A DNA stretch of 37,272 nucleotides from Fonticula alba ATCC 38817. Taxonomy: Eukaryota > Protista > Nucleariida. The stretch's first letter is position 1. Every line of letters begins with the position of its first letter. Under the pieces are notes generated by a model. The model saw nothing but the letters and a program-made list of their open reading frames with translations, was not told the origin of the DNA and ran no database searches. The stretch lies in NCBI GenBank assembly GCA_000388065.2, contig KB932208.1. The stretch is one strand, 5' to 3'. Positions 1-11,658 of this stretch are shown here, in pieces. Position numbers and translations under genes: made by a program.

Positions 1-20
1 CCCCCCCCCCCCCGGGGCAG

Positions 21-3000
21 GCATGCTCGATGCCGGGCGCGGCTACTGCCAAGCCACCAACCTCATCCGGTGCCTGGCCAACACCGGCGTGCTGGATGCC
101 ATCGCCGGCAGCCGCGAGGCCAGCCTGCATGGGGATCTGCCGGAGCCGACTGGCGTCCGGCTGCCTGGCGATTGGTGGCGGTCGCCGCGCGGGCCGTCCA
201 CCCATGCCCGGGCCCAGCGCCTTGTGTCGGCCCTGCTGGATCGCATTGTCCGCGAGACGGATGCCCAGCCGGCCAGCCTGCTGGCCGGGCTTGATGCGGC
301 GGATCTCCCGGCCCCCGGCGGCCTCTCTCCGGAGGCTGGTGCCGGTGCCGATCGCGATTGCTCCGGGGATCTGGTGCGCACCTCGACCACTGGCAGCCTG
401 CCGGCCGCGCTGCTGACGCGGGTGGATCCGGCCTCCGGGCGCCGGGTGCTCGGGCTGCCAGTCCGGACATGGGCCAGCTGCTCGACATGCCGGTTCGCCG
501 GGCCCGAGCCCGCGGCCGAGGCCGAGCCCGAGCCCGAGGCCCCGGGCGTGCGGCTGTCTCTGGCGGTAGATGTGCCCCTGGACCGGCCGGCCGGGCCGGA
601 GGGTGCCGGCTTCGCGGCCCGGCTGCAGGCGGCCCTGAATGCCGACCTGGCCGGGGCCGGGGCCGGGCCGCGGCGCGCCTGCCCCCGGTGCGGCTGCCTG
701 ACCTTCCGGCGGAAGCTGACCTTCCTGGCGGGGCCCGACGAGGGGCCGGCCACCGGTGCCGGCCCCTCGCCCGGCCCCTCGCCGGTGCTGCCCTCGGTGC
801 TCATGGTCCGGTGTGTGTCCTCCAGCGTGGCCGTGACCAAGCCCCCGGCCAGCATCTCCGGCGGGGTGTTCCCCTATGACCGGCACCGGTGCGGGGTCCA
901 CGGGGCCGACAGCTCCACCGATCGCATGGTGACCATGCTCCAGTGCCGGAACCCGGGGGTGGCGCTTCCGCGTGCGGTGGCCGTGTCCACGGATCCGGCC
1001 ACCGGGCGCATGGTGGTCACCCCGTGCGCCGTGCCGGCCGTCCTCGGGGCCCAGGGCCCGGCGGCCGACCCCGGGCCCGGGGACCTGGCCGTGGATGTCG
1101 ACCGGGGGGGCCGGCTGGCGGCCGGCCCCGCGGCGGGCTCCAGCTGCTATGTCCTGGTGAGTGCCCTGCACTCGGTTCCCTTTGCCCCGGTGACCAATCG
1201 CTTTTCGCTGCTGGCGAATGCCGAGGCGTCGGCCGCGGCGGCGGCCGCCGCCGCCGAGGAGTTCTTCGCCCCCGGCTCGACCGCCGGCCCGGGGCCCGGC
1301 CCCCTGGGGGACCTGATCGCCGGGGACTTGACGCACTTTGCCCCGGCGCCCCTGTCGGGGGCCTTCCTGCAGGAGGTGTCGCGCATTTGCCCGGAGTCCG
1401 AGGCGCTGACCGTCCGGCCGCCGGCCCCTGTCCCGACATCCGGCGGCGGGGGCACTGGCGGCGGCGGTGGCGGTGCCGGGGGCACTGGCGGCGGCGGGGG
1501 CACCAGCGCCGGCGGCGCCGGCCCCGGCCCCGGCAGCGCTGTCGGCCGCAAGGCCGCCCGAAGCCGGTCCTCCTCCCAGACCGCTGGCAAGGCCGCCGGC
1601 AAGGCTGCCAGCCCGGTGGCCCCCAAGGCCGGCCTGGCCAAGGGCCACGCATCATCGGGCCTGGCTGGTGCCCTGGCGCCCGGGCCCGGGGCTGCCCCTA
1701 CCGGGGCCGGCGATGCCCCGGTGGTGGTGCTGGCCGCCCCGGCCACGCCGACCCCCCAGCCACAGCATCCCCCCCCGCCGGACATGGAAGACCGGGTGAC
1801 CGACCACATTGTGGCGCATGTCCGCGTGCCGCGGTCATACCGCCTGCGGGGCACCCTGGCGCCGTATGTGCCGCGCCTCGACCCGACCGAGCGCCAGCTG
1901 GGCCTGTCGGCCGACGGGGCCTTCTTCCGGGACCCGGGCCTCCGGGACCCGGCTCCCTGGTGCGTGCTCAATGACTTCAGCGCCGGGGTCATGGCCGAGG
2001 AGGGCCTGCTGGATGAGTGCCACGAGGGGGCCTCCTTCGAGCCGGCCCTCCCCTGGCGCCGGCCCGGGGTCCTGTTCTACGTGCGTGCGGAGGACCTGGT
2101 GTTCGACGCGCAGCCGGGCCTGCTGGCCGCCGGCCCCCGGGCTCCGGTCCCCTGGTGGCGGGAGCTCCCGCTCCGGGTGAACCCGGCCATCCTGGCCATG
2201 GGCCTGGACTCGGAGGGGGTCATGAGCCGCGGCGATGCCGGGCCCCTGGCCCGGCCGGTGGCCCTCCCGCCGCCCATCCAATTGCCCACCTACGACGAGG
2301 TGTGTCGCCGGGCCCGGCCGCCGCTCGAGTGTGTTCCCTTCTCCACGGTCCCGCCCACCGGGGGGCCCGCCCCGTGGACCGTCGCCCTGGACTCGGAGTT
2401 TGTCATCCTCCAGCCGGACGACGGCACGGACAAGGGCGATGGCGATGGCTGCCACCATGTACGTTCGGGCTGCTGCGACCGCTGCCCATGCCAGCGCGCG
2501 CTCCCTCCTCCGCTTCCGGTACTGACATGCTCCACGGCTGTGCCTTGCTTCCCCCTCTCCCCGCCTCCTGTGCCTTGCTGCCAAGCAGGACCCCTGCTGG
2601 CCATCGCATGCGCGCAGCTGCCTCCTGTCGATTCCGAAGTTCTTCGCCGCACGTGTGTCCATCCTCAGCACGCAGGCCGGCGTCGGGGCCGGGGAGTCGG
2701 GCAACCCGCTGGCCGGCATCGCCGGCCTGGCTCGGGTCCTCAACCCGGCCAGTGTCCAGTCTCTGCCGGTCATCCTGGACGACTACATCGTGCCCCAGGC
2801 GCGTGTCATCGACCATGCCACGCGCTTTTCCGGCATCCAGCCCGGCGATCTGTGCCCTCGGCGGTCGCGCTTCCCGTTGCTCTTCTCGCGTGTACGTACT
2901 GCTCCGCGCTGGCTCTTGGCCTGGTCGGTCCCTGTCGGGCCTTGCTCCTGGCCGGCCATTCGGCGGCCTGCCGGGAGGCGGCCCCCTCCGGCCCTGCGCC

Positions 3001-3606
3001 CTTGCTCCCTTTGCTTGCGCCCGGAAAAACCCGCCCGCTGACAGCATCCACCCCCCGACCGGCATGGCCGGGCACGCAACCATCATGCCCCCCCCCCGGC
3101 CACAGGCCGTCTACCTGAAGCTCCGGGCGCTGATCGACCACAACACCCTCTTCATTGGCCACGGCCTGCAGATGGACTTCCGCATCCTGAACATCCGGGC
3201 CCCGCGCGTGGTGGACATGGTCAACATCTTCCGGCAGCCGGGCCAGCGCATGGTCGGCCTGCGCTTCCTGACGCACTACTTCTTCCGCTCGGTCATCCAG
3301 TCGGAAACGCACGACAGCATCATCGACGCCCAGTCGGCCCTGCGCCTGTTTGCCATCTACCAGAACGTCATCTCCGGCGAGAAGGATGTCCAGTCGTGGC
3401 TGCTGGCCCTGGACCCGTACAGTGTGGACCGGCAGTTGGATGCGGCCGCGGCCGCGGCCGCCGCCGCCACTGAGGGCGGGTCCTCGCCCAGCCTGGCGAC
3501 GCCTCCTTCGGCACACACCGAGGAGCTGGGCCGCCTGCTGCTGGAGGACGCCGTGGCCAGGATGTACCGGTATGGCTGGTCCAGTGGCTGGCATGTTCAG
3601 GAGTGA
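21..3606 (+). CDS. PAN2: PAN2 poly(A)-specific deadenylase subunit, 3' part (USP/UCH-like domain + DEDDh exonuclease); 5'-partial. Exons 21-2458, 2589-2891, 3106-3606
   Basis: MLDAGRGYCQATNLIRCL matches the Pan2 UCH-like domain; CSTC/CPRC fingers motif; CVLNDF. Exonuclease motifs: VALDSEFV, ARVSIL, ILDDYI..VIDHATRFSGIQPGDL, YLKLRALID..FIGHGLQMDFRILNI, LRFLTHYFF..IQSETHDSIIDAQSAL. Introns 2459-2588 and 2892-3105 (GTACGT..CAG) join in phase. The window starts in an intron (poly-C, CAG at 18-20), so the WD40 N-terminus lies upstream. Confidence 0.93.
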
Positions 3607-3997
3607 GGCTTTCCCCTGGCTGGGCCTGTGACTCCCCCTGCCCGCTGGCCGCGGGGATCCCCTGTCGAGCCCCTACACGCCGGTGGCCCCTGCCGCAGGC
3701 ACATCTTTTTCCCCCAGGCAAGCGGGCTGCTCCTGCTGTCCCAACCCCCTGGAAATGTTCCCCCTCCCTCTCCCCCTCCCTCTCCCCCTCCCTTCGACAC
3801 GGGGCGTATGCATGTGTCCCCGGTGGCACCACTCTCCGAACTGGCAGGGATACTTCGGGGGTGGGGAGGAGCCAAACGGGCCCCTGCTGGCTGTCTCTCT
3901 GCCCCCGCCTCCTGCCGGTGTCCGGGGTGTGGCTTGTGACATTTGTCGTGGTGACCTTGCGCCTTTGTGGGAGTGCCTGTCTGCTCGGCTCCCGCCG

Positions 3998-4836
3998 NNN
4001 NNNNNNNNNNNNNNNNNNNNNNNNNNNNNNNNNNNNNNNNNNNNNNNNNNNNNNNNNNNNNNNNNNNNNNNNNNNNNNNNNNNNNNNNNNNNNNNNNNNN
4101 NNNNNNNNNNNNNNNNNNNNNNNNNNNNNNNNNNNNNNNNNNNNNNNNNNNNNNNNNNNNNNNNNNNNNNNNNNNNNNNNNNNNNNNNNNNNNNNNNNNN
4201 NNNNNNNNNNNNNNNNNNNNNNNNNNNNNNNNNNNNNNNNNNNNNNNNNNNNNNNNNNNNNNNNNNNNNNNNNNNNNNNNNNNNNNNNNNNNNNNNNNNN
4301 NNNNNNNNNNNNNNNNNNNNNNNNNNNNNNNNNNNNNNNNNNNNNNNNNNNNNNNNNNNNNNNNNNNNNNNNNNNNNNNNNNNNNNNNNNNNNNNNNNNN
4401 NNNNNNNNNNNNNNNNNNNNNNNNNNNNNNNNNNNNNNNNNNNNNNNNNNNNNNNNNNNNNNNNNNNNNNNNNNNNNNNNNNNNNNNNNNNNNNNNNNNN
4501 NNNNNNNNNNNNNNNNNNNNNNNNNNNNNNNNNNNNNNNNNNNNNNNNNNNNNNNNNNNNNNNNNNNNNNNNNNNNNNNNNNNNNNNNNNNNNNNNNNNN
4601 NNNNNNNNNNNNNNNNNNNNNNNNNNNNNNNNNNNNNNNNNNNNNNNNNNNNNNNNNNNNNNNNNNNNNNNNNNNNNNNNNNNNNNNNNNNNNNNNNNNN
4701 NNNNNNNNNNNNNNNNNNNNNNNNNNNNNNNNNNNNNNNNNNNNNNNNNNNNNNNNNNNNNNNNNNNNNNNNNNNNNNNNNNNNNNNNNNNNNNNNNNNN
4801 NNNNNNNNNNNNNNNNNNNNNNNNNNNNNNNNNNNN
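3998..4836. other. Assembly gap (N-run) between the convergent 3' ends of PAN2 and the P4-ATPase
   Basis: Ns in the sequence. Other gaps are at 16306-16806, 19086-19270, 22404-22984, 23784-23843, 25264-25273 and 29399-29456; several abut G/C homopolymers or microsatellites. Confidence 0.99.
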
Positions 4837-5064
4837 GCAGGGAGAAAGCGGGAGAAAGGGGATGCGAGCGGGAGGGGCGGAAAGGGAGGCAGATGGACGT
4901 CAGCATGGACAGGGGAACGGGGGGGGGGCGACAGCAAGACGGGTGCCCCAAAATCTTGCGCGTCCCGTGAGTTTGTGTGTGCGCGGAGGGGGGGGGAGGG
5001 AGGAGGGGGAGGGCGAGATAAACAGAACACAAGAAGGGAGCTACTGACGCCGGGCATGCCCCTC

Positions 5065-8000
5065 TCACTCGGAATCCGTCGTGGAGTCGGTGTCCGAGTA
5101 GAAGGACGACGAGTAGAAGCCGGAGCCGGAACTGGAGGAGATGAAGGACGAGGTGAAGGACGACGACAGCAGATGATCGGACGACAGGGAAGAGACGGAC
5201 ATGACGGCCGCGTCGTTGTCGCCGGGGGGGGCAGCGGCAGCGGCAGCGGCCTCCTGCATCGGGTCGGCCGGACCCAGGCTCGGCGATCCGAGGATCGTAG
5301 CCTCAGGCACCGGTGGTGGCGGCGATGGCGATGGCGAAGGCACGGGCAGCGGCATGGCCGGACTGGCCGGGCTGGCCGGGCCGGTGGCAAGGGCCGGGCT
5401 CATGTCGATCAAGGGCTCGACCGACGCATGGGCCGCCGGAGGCTCGACAGCCACCGCATCCGGCACGGGCCCGTCGTCGTCGTCGTCGTCGGAGGGCCGA
5501 CGATCGGGGCTCGCCCGGGGGCTGAAGGAGTGCACCGGCCCCGTGGCCGCCATCGGGGACACGGGCGATGTGGGGCTCATGTGCAGGAGCGAGGCCGGCA
5601 GGCTGGACACCTGCTGGGGCCCGAGCCCGCTGGCCATCGGCAGGCCGCCGGCCGGGACATCGCCCCCCTGGGCACCGAGCACACCGTGAGGCCCCCCACC
5701 GGCCTCGGGCTCCTCGTCCGGCAGGGTGGGCATGGCGGGCGAGGAGTTGATGATGACCGACTCGCCGGGCGGGCCGACCGCCTGGGTTAATACCGCGGCC
5801 AGACCGGCCTGCGGGCCGGCATCCGGCCCGGCTGCCAGGGCGTCGACCTGGCCACGCCGGCGGAAAGGCCGGCGCAAGATCCGCCGGTCGGACGAGGAGG
5901 AGATGCCACGGCTGCGCGACCGGCTGGCCGGCTGGGCATACAGCCGCACCAGGACCGATTGCGGGACCTCGGCGCCCTCGGGCGTGGAGAAGGCAAACGA
6001 CGACATGGGGGCCTTCTCGCTGCCGGGCGCGCCGGCCGACGCATGCGGCGACACCGGCGCCGGGTCCTCGGCGCCGGGCTTGTCCAGCAGCAGGGCGTCG
6101 CTCGGCGAGCCATCCGCCCGGCTGCCTCCCAGGGGGACAACGAGTCGAAGGGGGCCATGCCACCGGACATGTCGGCTGACACATCGCCCAGCTCCATGTC
6201 CTCCGGCCCGGCCGGTCCGCCGGCGAAGTGCTCCTGCATGGCTTCCACACAGCGGGTGAAAGGACCGAACACCTTGCCGGCTCCATCGCGGATGACGCCC
6301 CACTGACGGGCCTGCAGCTTGACCCACTTGAGCTCGTTGAGGATCTGGATGTCCGACGGGAAGCGCTGAATGCCCCAGCTGCGGGGTGAGAAGGTCGGCC
6401 CCGGCGGGGGGGGGGGGGGGGGGCAGCGGTGCGAGAAGAAGGGTCCCGATGTGCGTTTGTGCGTTTGTTTGCTTGTTTGTCAGCACGCGGGCAGGGAAGG
6501 CCGAGATCCAGACACGACAACGTGCCCCCGAAGAAGAAGAAGAAGAAGAAGAAATACCACACGAAGGGCAGGCACGTACTACTTGACGGTGACCAGCAGC
6601 AGGGCCGCCGTGGTGGGGGCCGCCAAAAAGGCCACCCACGAGCGCGCGTCCGCTGTCAGCAGCTGCCGATAGATGCGATAATAGACATAGAAGTCCGAGG
6701 ACAGGTTGAGCAGCTCGCCGGTGTAGAATTGCAGGAAGATGAAGACCGCCAGCGACCCGAGCAGCGACAGGACAATGATCAAGGTGATGCGCCTGAGGAG
6801 GCCGAGCAAGTGGGTGGACATCCGGGGGAGGGAGGGAGGAAGAGGAACGTGTCAGCCAGGGGGGGGGGGGGCCTCGAAGGGCAGCAGAAGCGGCAGAACG
6901 CAGGAAGAGCGCAGGGGAACGAAGGCCGGGCCCGGCAGGCGGCACAGGCTGCCCTGCTCGGGAGCGCGACGCACGTCATGTCAACAATCAACACCGCCGA
7001 CACAGTGAGCATGACCAGCGTGTAGAGCGTCGCGCCGAAGCTCATCATGGACACATGCTGCGGCGAGGCGGCTGCCAGGGAAAACAGCATGAGCAGCCCG
7101 GCCACCATGGTGGCCATGAGAGACCGGATCCAGAAGACCCGCATGGAGAAGAGGGGCCGGATCTTCAGCGACCGATATGCCTCCGGGTGACTGAGGAGCT
7201 GGTTGGCCGACAGATGCCGGTCCAGCACGGCGGCCAACATGACCGGCAGACCGGTGAACACCGTGAAGAAGAAGATGTGAAGGAGGGCCTGGTACATGGT
7301 CTGCAGGGGTTGGAGGAAGCGAGTAAGTAGGGAGCGCGTGGGGGGGATATGTGCTCGGGCAGGCATGTGTCGCCCCCGCCCTGCCGCCGCCCGCCGCATG
7401 ACGGCGCCCTGACAGGGTGTGGACAGGGGGGGGGGGCGCGAGGGGAAGGACCGCCGCGGCGCACCTGCATCGAAAGGGAATTGATGAACTGGAAGAAGAA
7501 GAGCAGCATGTTGAAAACCACCTGGATGAAGAACTGGTAAAGGATCAGCAGACTCTGCCGGTGGTAACTCCATGCGCCGTGGACCAGCAGCAGGCGCGTC
7601 AGGAAGCGGAACTGGCCGACGGCGTAATCCGCAGCGCGAACCGCCTGAGAGCCCTCCTCGCCGTGGACGCCCACGCCGATGGAGGCCGCCTGGATCATGG
7701 CCACGTCGTTGGCGCCGTCGCCGATGGCCAGCGTGTTGGAGGAAGACCGCTTGCGGACCAGCTGCACCATGTTGGCCTGGGAGCCGCGAGAAGAAGGACA
7801 GAGGGAAGGCGAGGGAGGGGGGAGGGAAAGGCGCATCAGAACCACCGGGAGCCGGGGAAAGGGGAGACGGAAAAAGACCGACCCCTCCCGAGAGGCAGAG
7901 CGGGCAGAGCGGGCATAGCGGGCAGAGCGGGCATAGCGGGCAGAGCGGGCAGAGCGGGAGACATGGAGGCACCGAGCAGGAGAGGCCCACGAAAGACGCA

Positions 8001-11000
8001 CCTTCTGCATGGGAGACACACGGCAGCAGATGACGGTGCGGCACTGCAATGCCAAATCGAGGAAGCGCTGTCGATCGTGGCCAAGGGAGGACACATGGAG
8101 GGAGAGGGACCGAGGGAGAGAAAACAGCAAACAGAGCAAGAGACGGCCAGGAAGATGGACGGAAGCCAGGGAGCCAGGGGAGAAGGGGCGACGGGGGACA
8201 CCGGGGGTCAGCCCACAGAAGGACGGAGCAAGAAGAGCAACAAGGGCGGAAGAGAGGGGGAGGGGGAAGCAGCACGCCGCCGCAGCGAGCGAGCAAGCGA
8301 GCAACGTCCACGTACATCGCGCAGGTCTTGCGCATCCTCCCGCATGATGTACAGCAGGGCCGACCCGTCGATGACCAGCGACCGGTTCGGGGTGTCGTAG
8401 GGGTTGGAGGAAGCGAGTAAGTAGGGAGCGCGTGGGGGGGATATGTGCTCGGGCAGGCATGTGTCGCCCCCGCCCTGCCGCCGCCCGCCGCATGACGGCG
8501 CCCTGACAGGGTGTGGACAGGGGGGGGGGGCGCGAGGGGAAGGACCGCCGCGGCGCACCTGCATCGAAAGGGAATTGATGAACTGGAAGAAGAAGAGCAG
8601 CATGTTGAAAACCACCTGGATGAAGAACTGGTAAAGGATCAGCAGACTCTGCCGGTGGTAACTCCATGCGCCGTGGACCAGCAGCAGGCGCGTCAGGAAG
8701 CGGAACTGGCCGACGGCGTAATCCGCAGCGCGAACCGCCTGAGAGCCCTCCTCGCCGTGGACGCCCACGCCGATGGAGGCCGCCTGGATCATGGCCACGT
8801 CGTTGGCGCCGTCGCCGATGGCCAGCGTGTTGGAGGAAGACCGCTTGCGGACCAGCTGCACCATGTTGGCCTGGGAGCCGCGAGAAGAAGGACAGAGGGA
8901 AGGCGAGGGAGGGGGGAGGGAAAGGCGCATCAGAACCACCGGGAGCCGGGGAAAGGGGAGACGGAAAAAGACCGACCCCTCCCGAGAGGCAGAGCGGGCA
9001 GAGCGGGCATAGCGGGCAGAGCGGGCAGAGCGGGAGACATGGAGGCACCGAGCAGGAGAGGCCCACGAAAGACGCACCTTCTGCATGGGAGACACACGGC
9101 AGCAGATGACGGTGCGGCACTGCAATGCCAAATCGAGGAAGCGCTGTCGATCGTGGCCAAGGGAGGACACATGGAGGGAGAGGGACCGAGGGAGAGAAAA
9201 CAGCAAACAGAGCAAGAGACGGCGCGAGAAGAAGGGTCCCGATGTGCGTTTGTGCGTTTGTTTGCTTGTTTGTCAGCACGCGGGCAGGGAAGGCCGAGAT
9301 CCAGACACGACAACGTGCCCCCGAAGAAGAAGAAGAAGAAGAAGAAATACCACACGAAGGGCAGGCACGTACTACTTGACGGTGACCAGCAGCAGGGCCG
9401 CCGTGGTGGGGGCCGCCAAAAAGGCCACCCACGAGCGCGCGTCCGCTGTCAGCAGCTGCCGATAGATGCGATAATAGACATAGAAGTCCGAGGACAGGTT
9501 GAGCAGCTCGCCGGTGTAGAATTGCAGGAAGATGAAGACCGCCAGCGACCCGAGCAGCGACAGGACAATGATCAAGGTGATGCGCCTGAGGAGGCCGAGC
9601 AAGTGGGTGGACATCCGGGGGAGGGAGGGAGGAAGAGGAACGTGTCAGCCAGGGGGGGGGGGGCCTCGAAGGGCAGCAGAAGCGGCAGAACGCAGGAAGA
9701 GCGCAGGGGAACGAAGGCCGGGCCCGGCAGGCGGCACAGGCTGCCCTGCTCGGGAGCGCGACGCACGTCATGTCAACAATCAACACCGCCGACACAGTGA
9801 GCATGACCAGCGTGTAGAGCGTCGCGCCGAAGCTCATCATGGACACATGCTGCGGCGAGGCGGCTGCCAGGGAAAACAGCATGAGCAGCCCGGCCACCAT
9901 GGTGGCCATGAGAGACCGGATCCAGAAGACCCGCATGGAGAAGAGGGGCCGGATCTTCAGCGACCGATATGCCTCCGGGTGACTGAGGAGCTGGTTGGCC
10001 GACAGATGCCGGTCCAGCACGGCGGCCAACATGACCGGCAGACCGGTGAACACCGTGAAGAAGAAGATGTGAAGGAGGGCCTGGTACATGGTCTGCAGGG
10101 GTTGGAGGAAGCGAGTAAGTAGGGAGCGCGTGGGGGGGATATGTGCTCGGGCAGGCATGTGTCGCCCCCGCCCTGCCGCCGCCCGCCGCATGACGGCGCC
10201 CTGACAGGGTGTGGACAGGGGGGGGGGGCGCGAGGGGAAGGACCGCCGCGGCGCACCTGCATCGAAAGGGAATTGATGAACTGGAAGAAGAAGAGCAGCA
10301 TGTTGAAAACCACCTGGATGAAGAACTGGTAAAGGATCAGCAGACTCTGCCGGTGGTAACTCCATGCGCCGTGGACCAGCAGCAGGCGCGTCAGGAAGCG
10401 GAACTGGCCGACGGCGTAATCCGCAGCGCGAACCGCCTGAGAGCCCTCCTCGCCGTGGACGCCCACGCCGATGGAGGCCGCCTGGATCATGGCCACGTCG
10501 TTGGCGCCGTCGCCGATGGCCAGCGTGTTGGAGGAAGACCGCTTGCGGACCAGCTGCACCATGTTGGCCTGGGAGCCGCGAGAAGAAGGACAGAGGGAAG
10601 GCGAGGGAGGGGGGAGGGAAAGGCGCATCAGAACCACCGGGAGCCGGGGAAAGGGGAGACGGAAAAAGACCGACCCCTCCCGAGAGGCAGAGCGGGCAGA
10701 GCGGGCATAGCGGGCAGAGCGGGCATAGCGGGCAGAGCGGGCAGAGCGGGAGACATGGAGGCACCGAGCAGGAGAGGCCCACGAAAGACGCACCTTCTGC
10801 ATGGGAGACACACGGCAGCAGATGACGGTGCGGCACTGCAATGCCAAATCGAGGAAGCGCTGTCGATCGTGGCCAAGGGAGGACACATGGAGGGAGAGGG
10901 ACCGAGGGAGAGAAAACAGCAAACAGAGCAAGAGACGGCCAGGAAGATGGACGGAAGCCAGGGAGCCAGGGGAGAAGGGGCGACGGGGGACACCGGGGGT

Positions 11001-11627
11001 CAGCCCACAGAAGGACGGAGCAAGAAGAGCAACAAGGGCGGAAGAGAGGGGGAGGGGGAAGCAGCACGCCGCCGCAGCGAGCGAGCAAGCGAGCAACGTC
11101 CACGTACATCGCGCAGGTCTTGCGCATCCTCCCGCATGATGTACAGCAGGGCCGACCCGTCGATGACCAGCGACCGGTTCGGGGTGTCGTAGCTGCCCTG
11201 GCCGCCGGCGGTGGCCGCGCGAGTGCGCACCCGCACCGGGGCCACCGTGCCACTGCCAGCACCGGCCCGACCGGGCCCGGAGCCCGGGCCGCTGCCACCG
11301 GCAGCCACATTCCCGGCAGTGCCGGAGACCGGGCTACCACCGGCCGAGGCCGACCCCGGCGCCGCCGGCACCGACGACCCCCCGGCCATCTGGCTGGGCG
11401 TGGTGTCCGACATGAAGACAGCCGTGGTGCGCGAGGGGAGCGAGGCGGCCGCGCGAGCCAGCAGCCGACGCTGCCGCGCCCGCCGGGGCTTGTGCTGCGC
11501 GAAGAAGTCCAGCAGCATCTGGACATTGGGATCGCGCGCCGAGGAGGCACCCGGGCCCGGGGCAACCGCACCGTCGGCATCCAGCGTGGTGCCGCTCTCC
11601 GAGGCATCCACCTCGGAGGCCTTATCC

Positions 11628-11658
<31 letters not shown>

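Noticed and set aside
23-2000. PAN2 USP-like domain without an obvious catalytic triad, as a novel pseudo-enzyme
   Set aside because: Pan2's USP domain is a known pseudo-DUB. The nuclease acidic residues (DSE, GHGLQMD, HDSIID) are retained, so the gene looks ordinary.
3368-5790. Long ORFs crossing N-runs (also around 16-17 kb, 19 kb and 22-24 kb)
   Set aside because: They stay open only because Ns contain no stop codons.
9372-9374. TAG right after VTVK as the flippase stop codon (also at 6579-6581)
   Set aside because: The G begins a consensus GTACGT donor; TA+C from exon 11 gives Tyr and continues as [16 protein letters not shown], which resembles the post-TM10 region of P4-ATPases.
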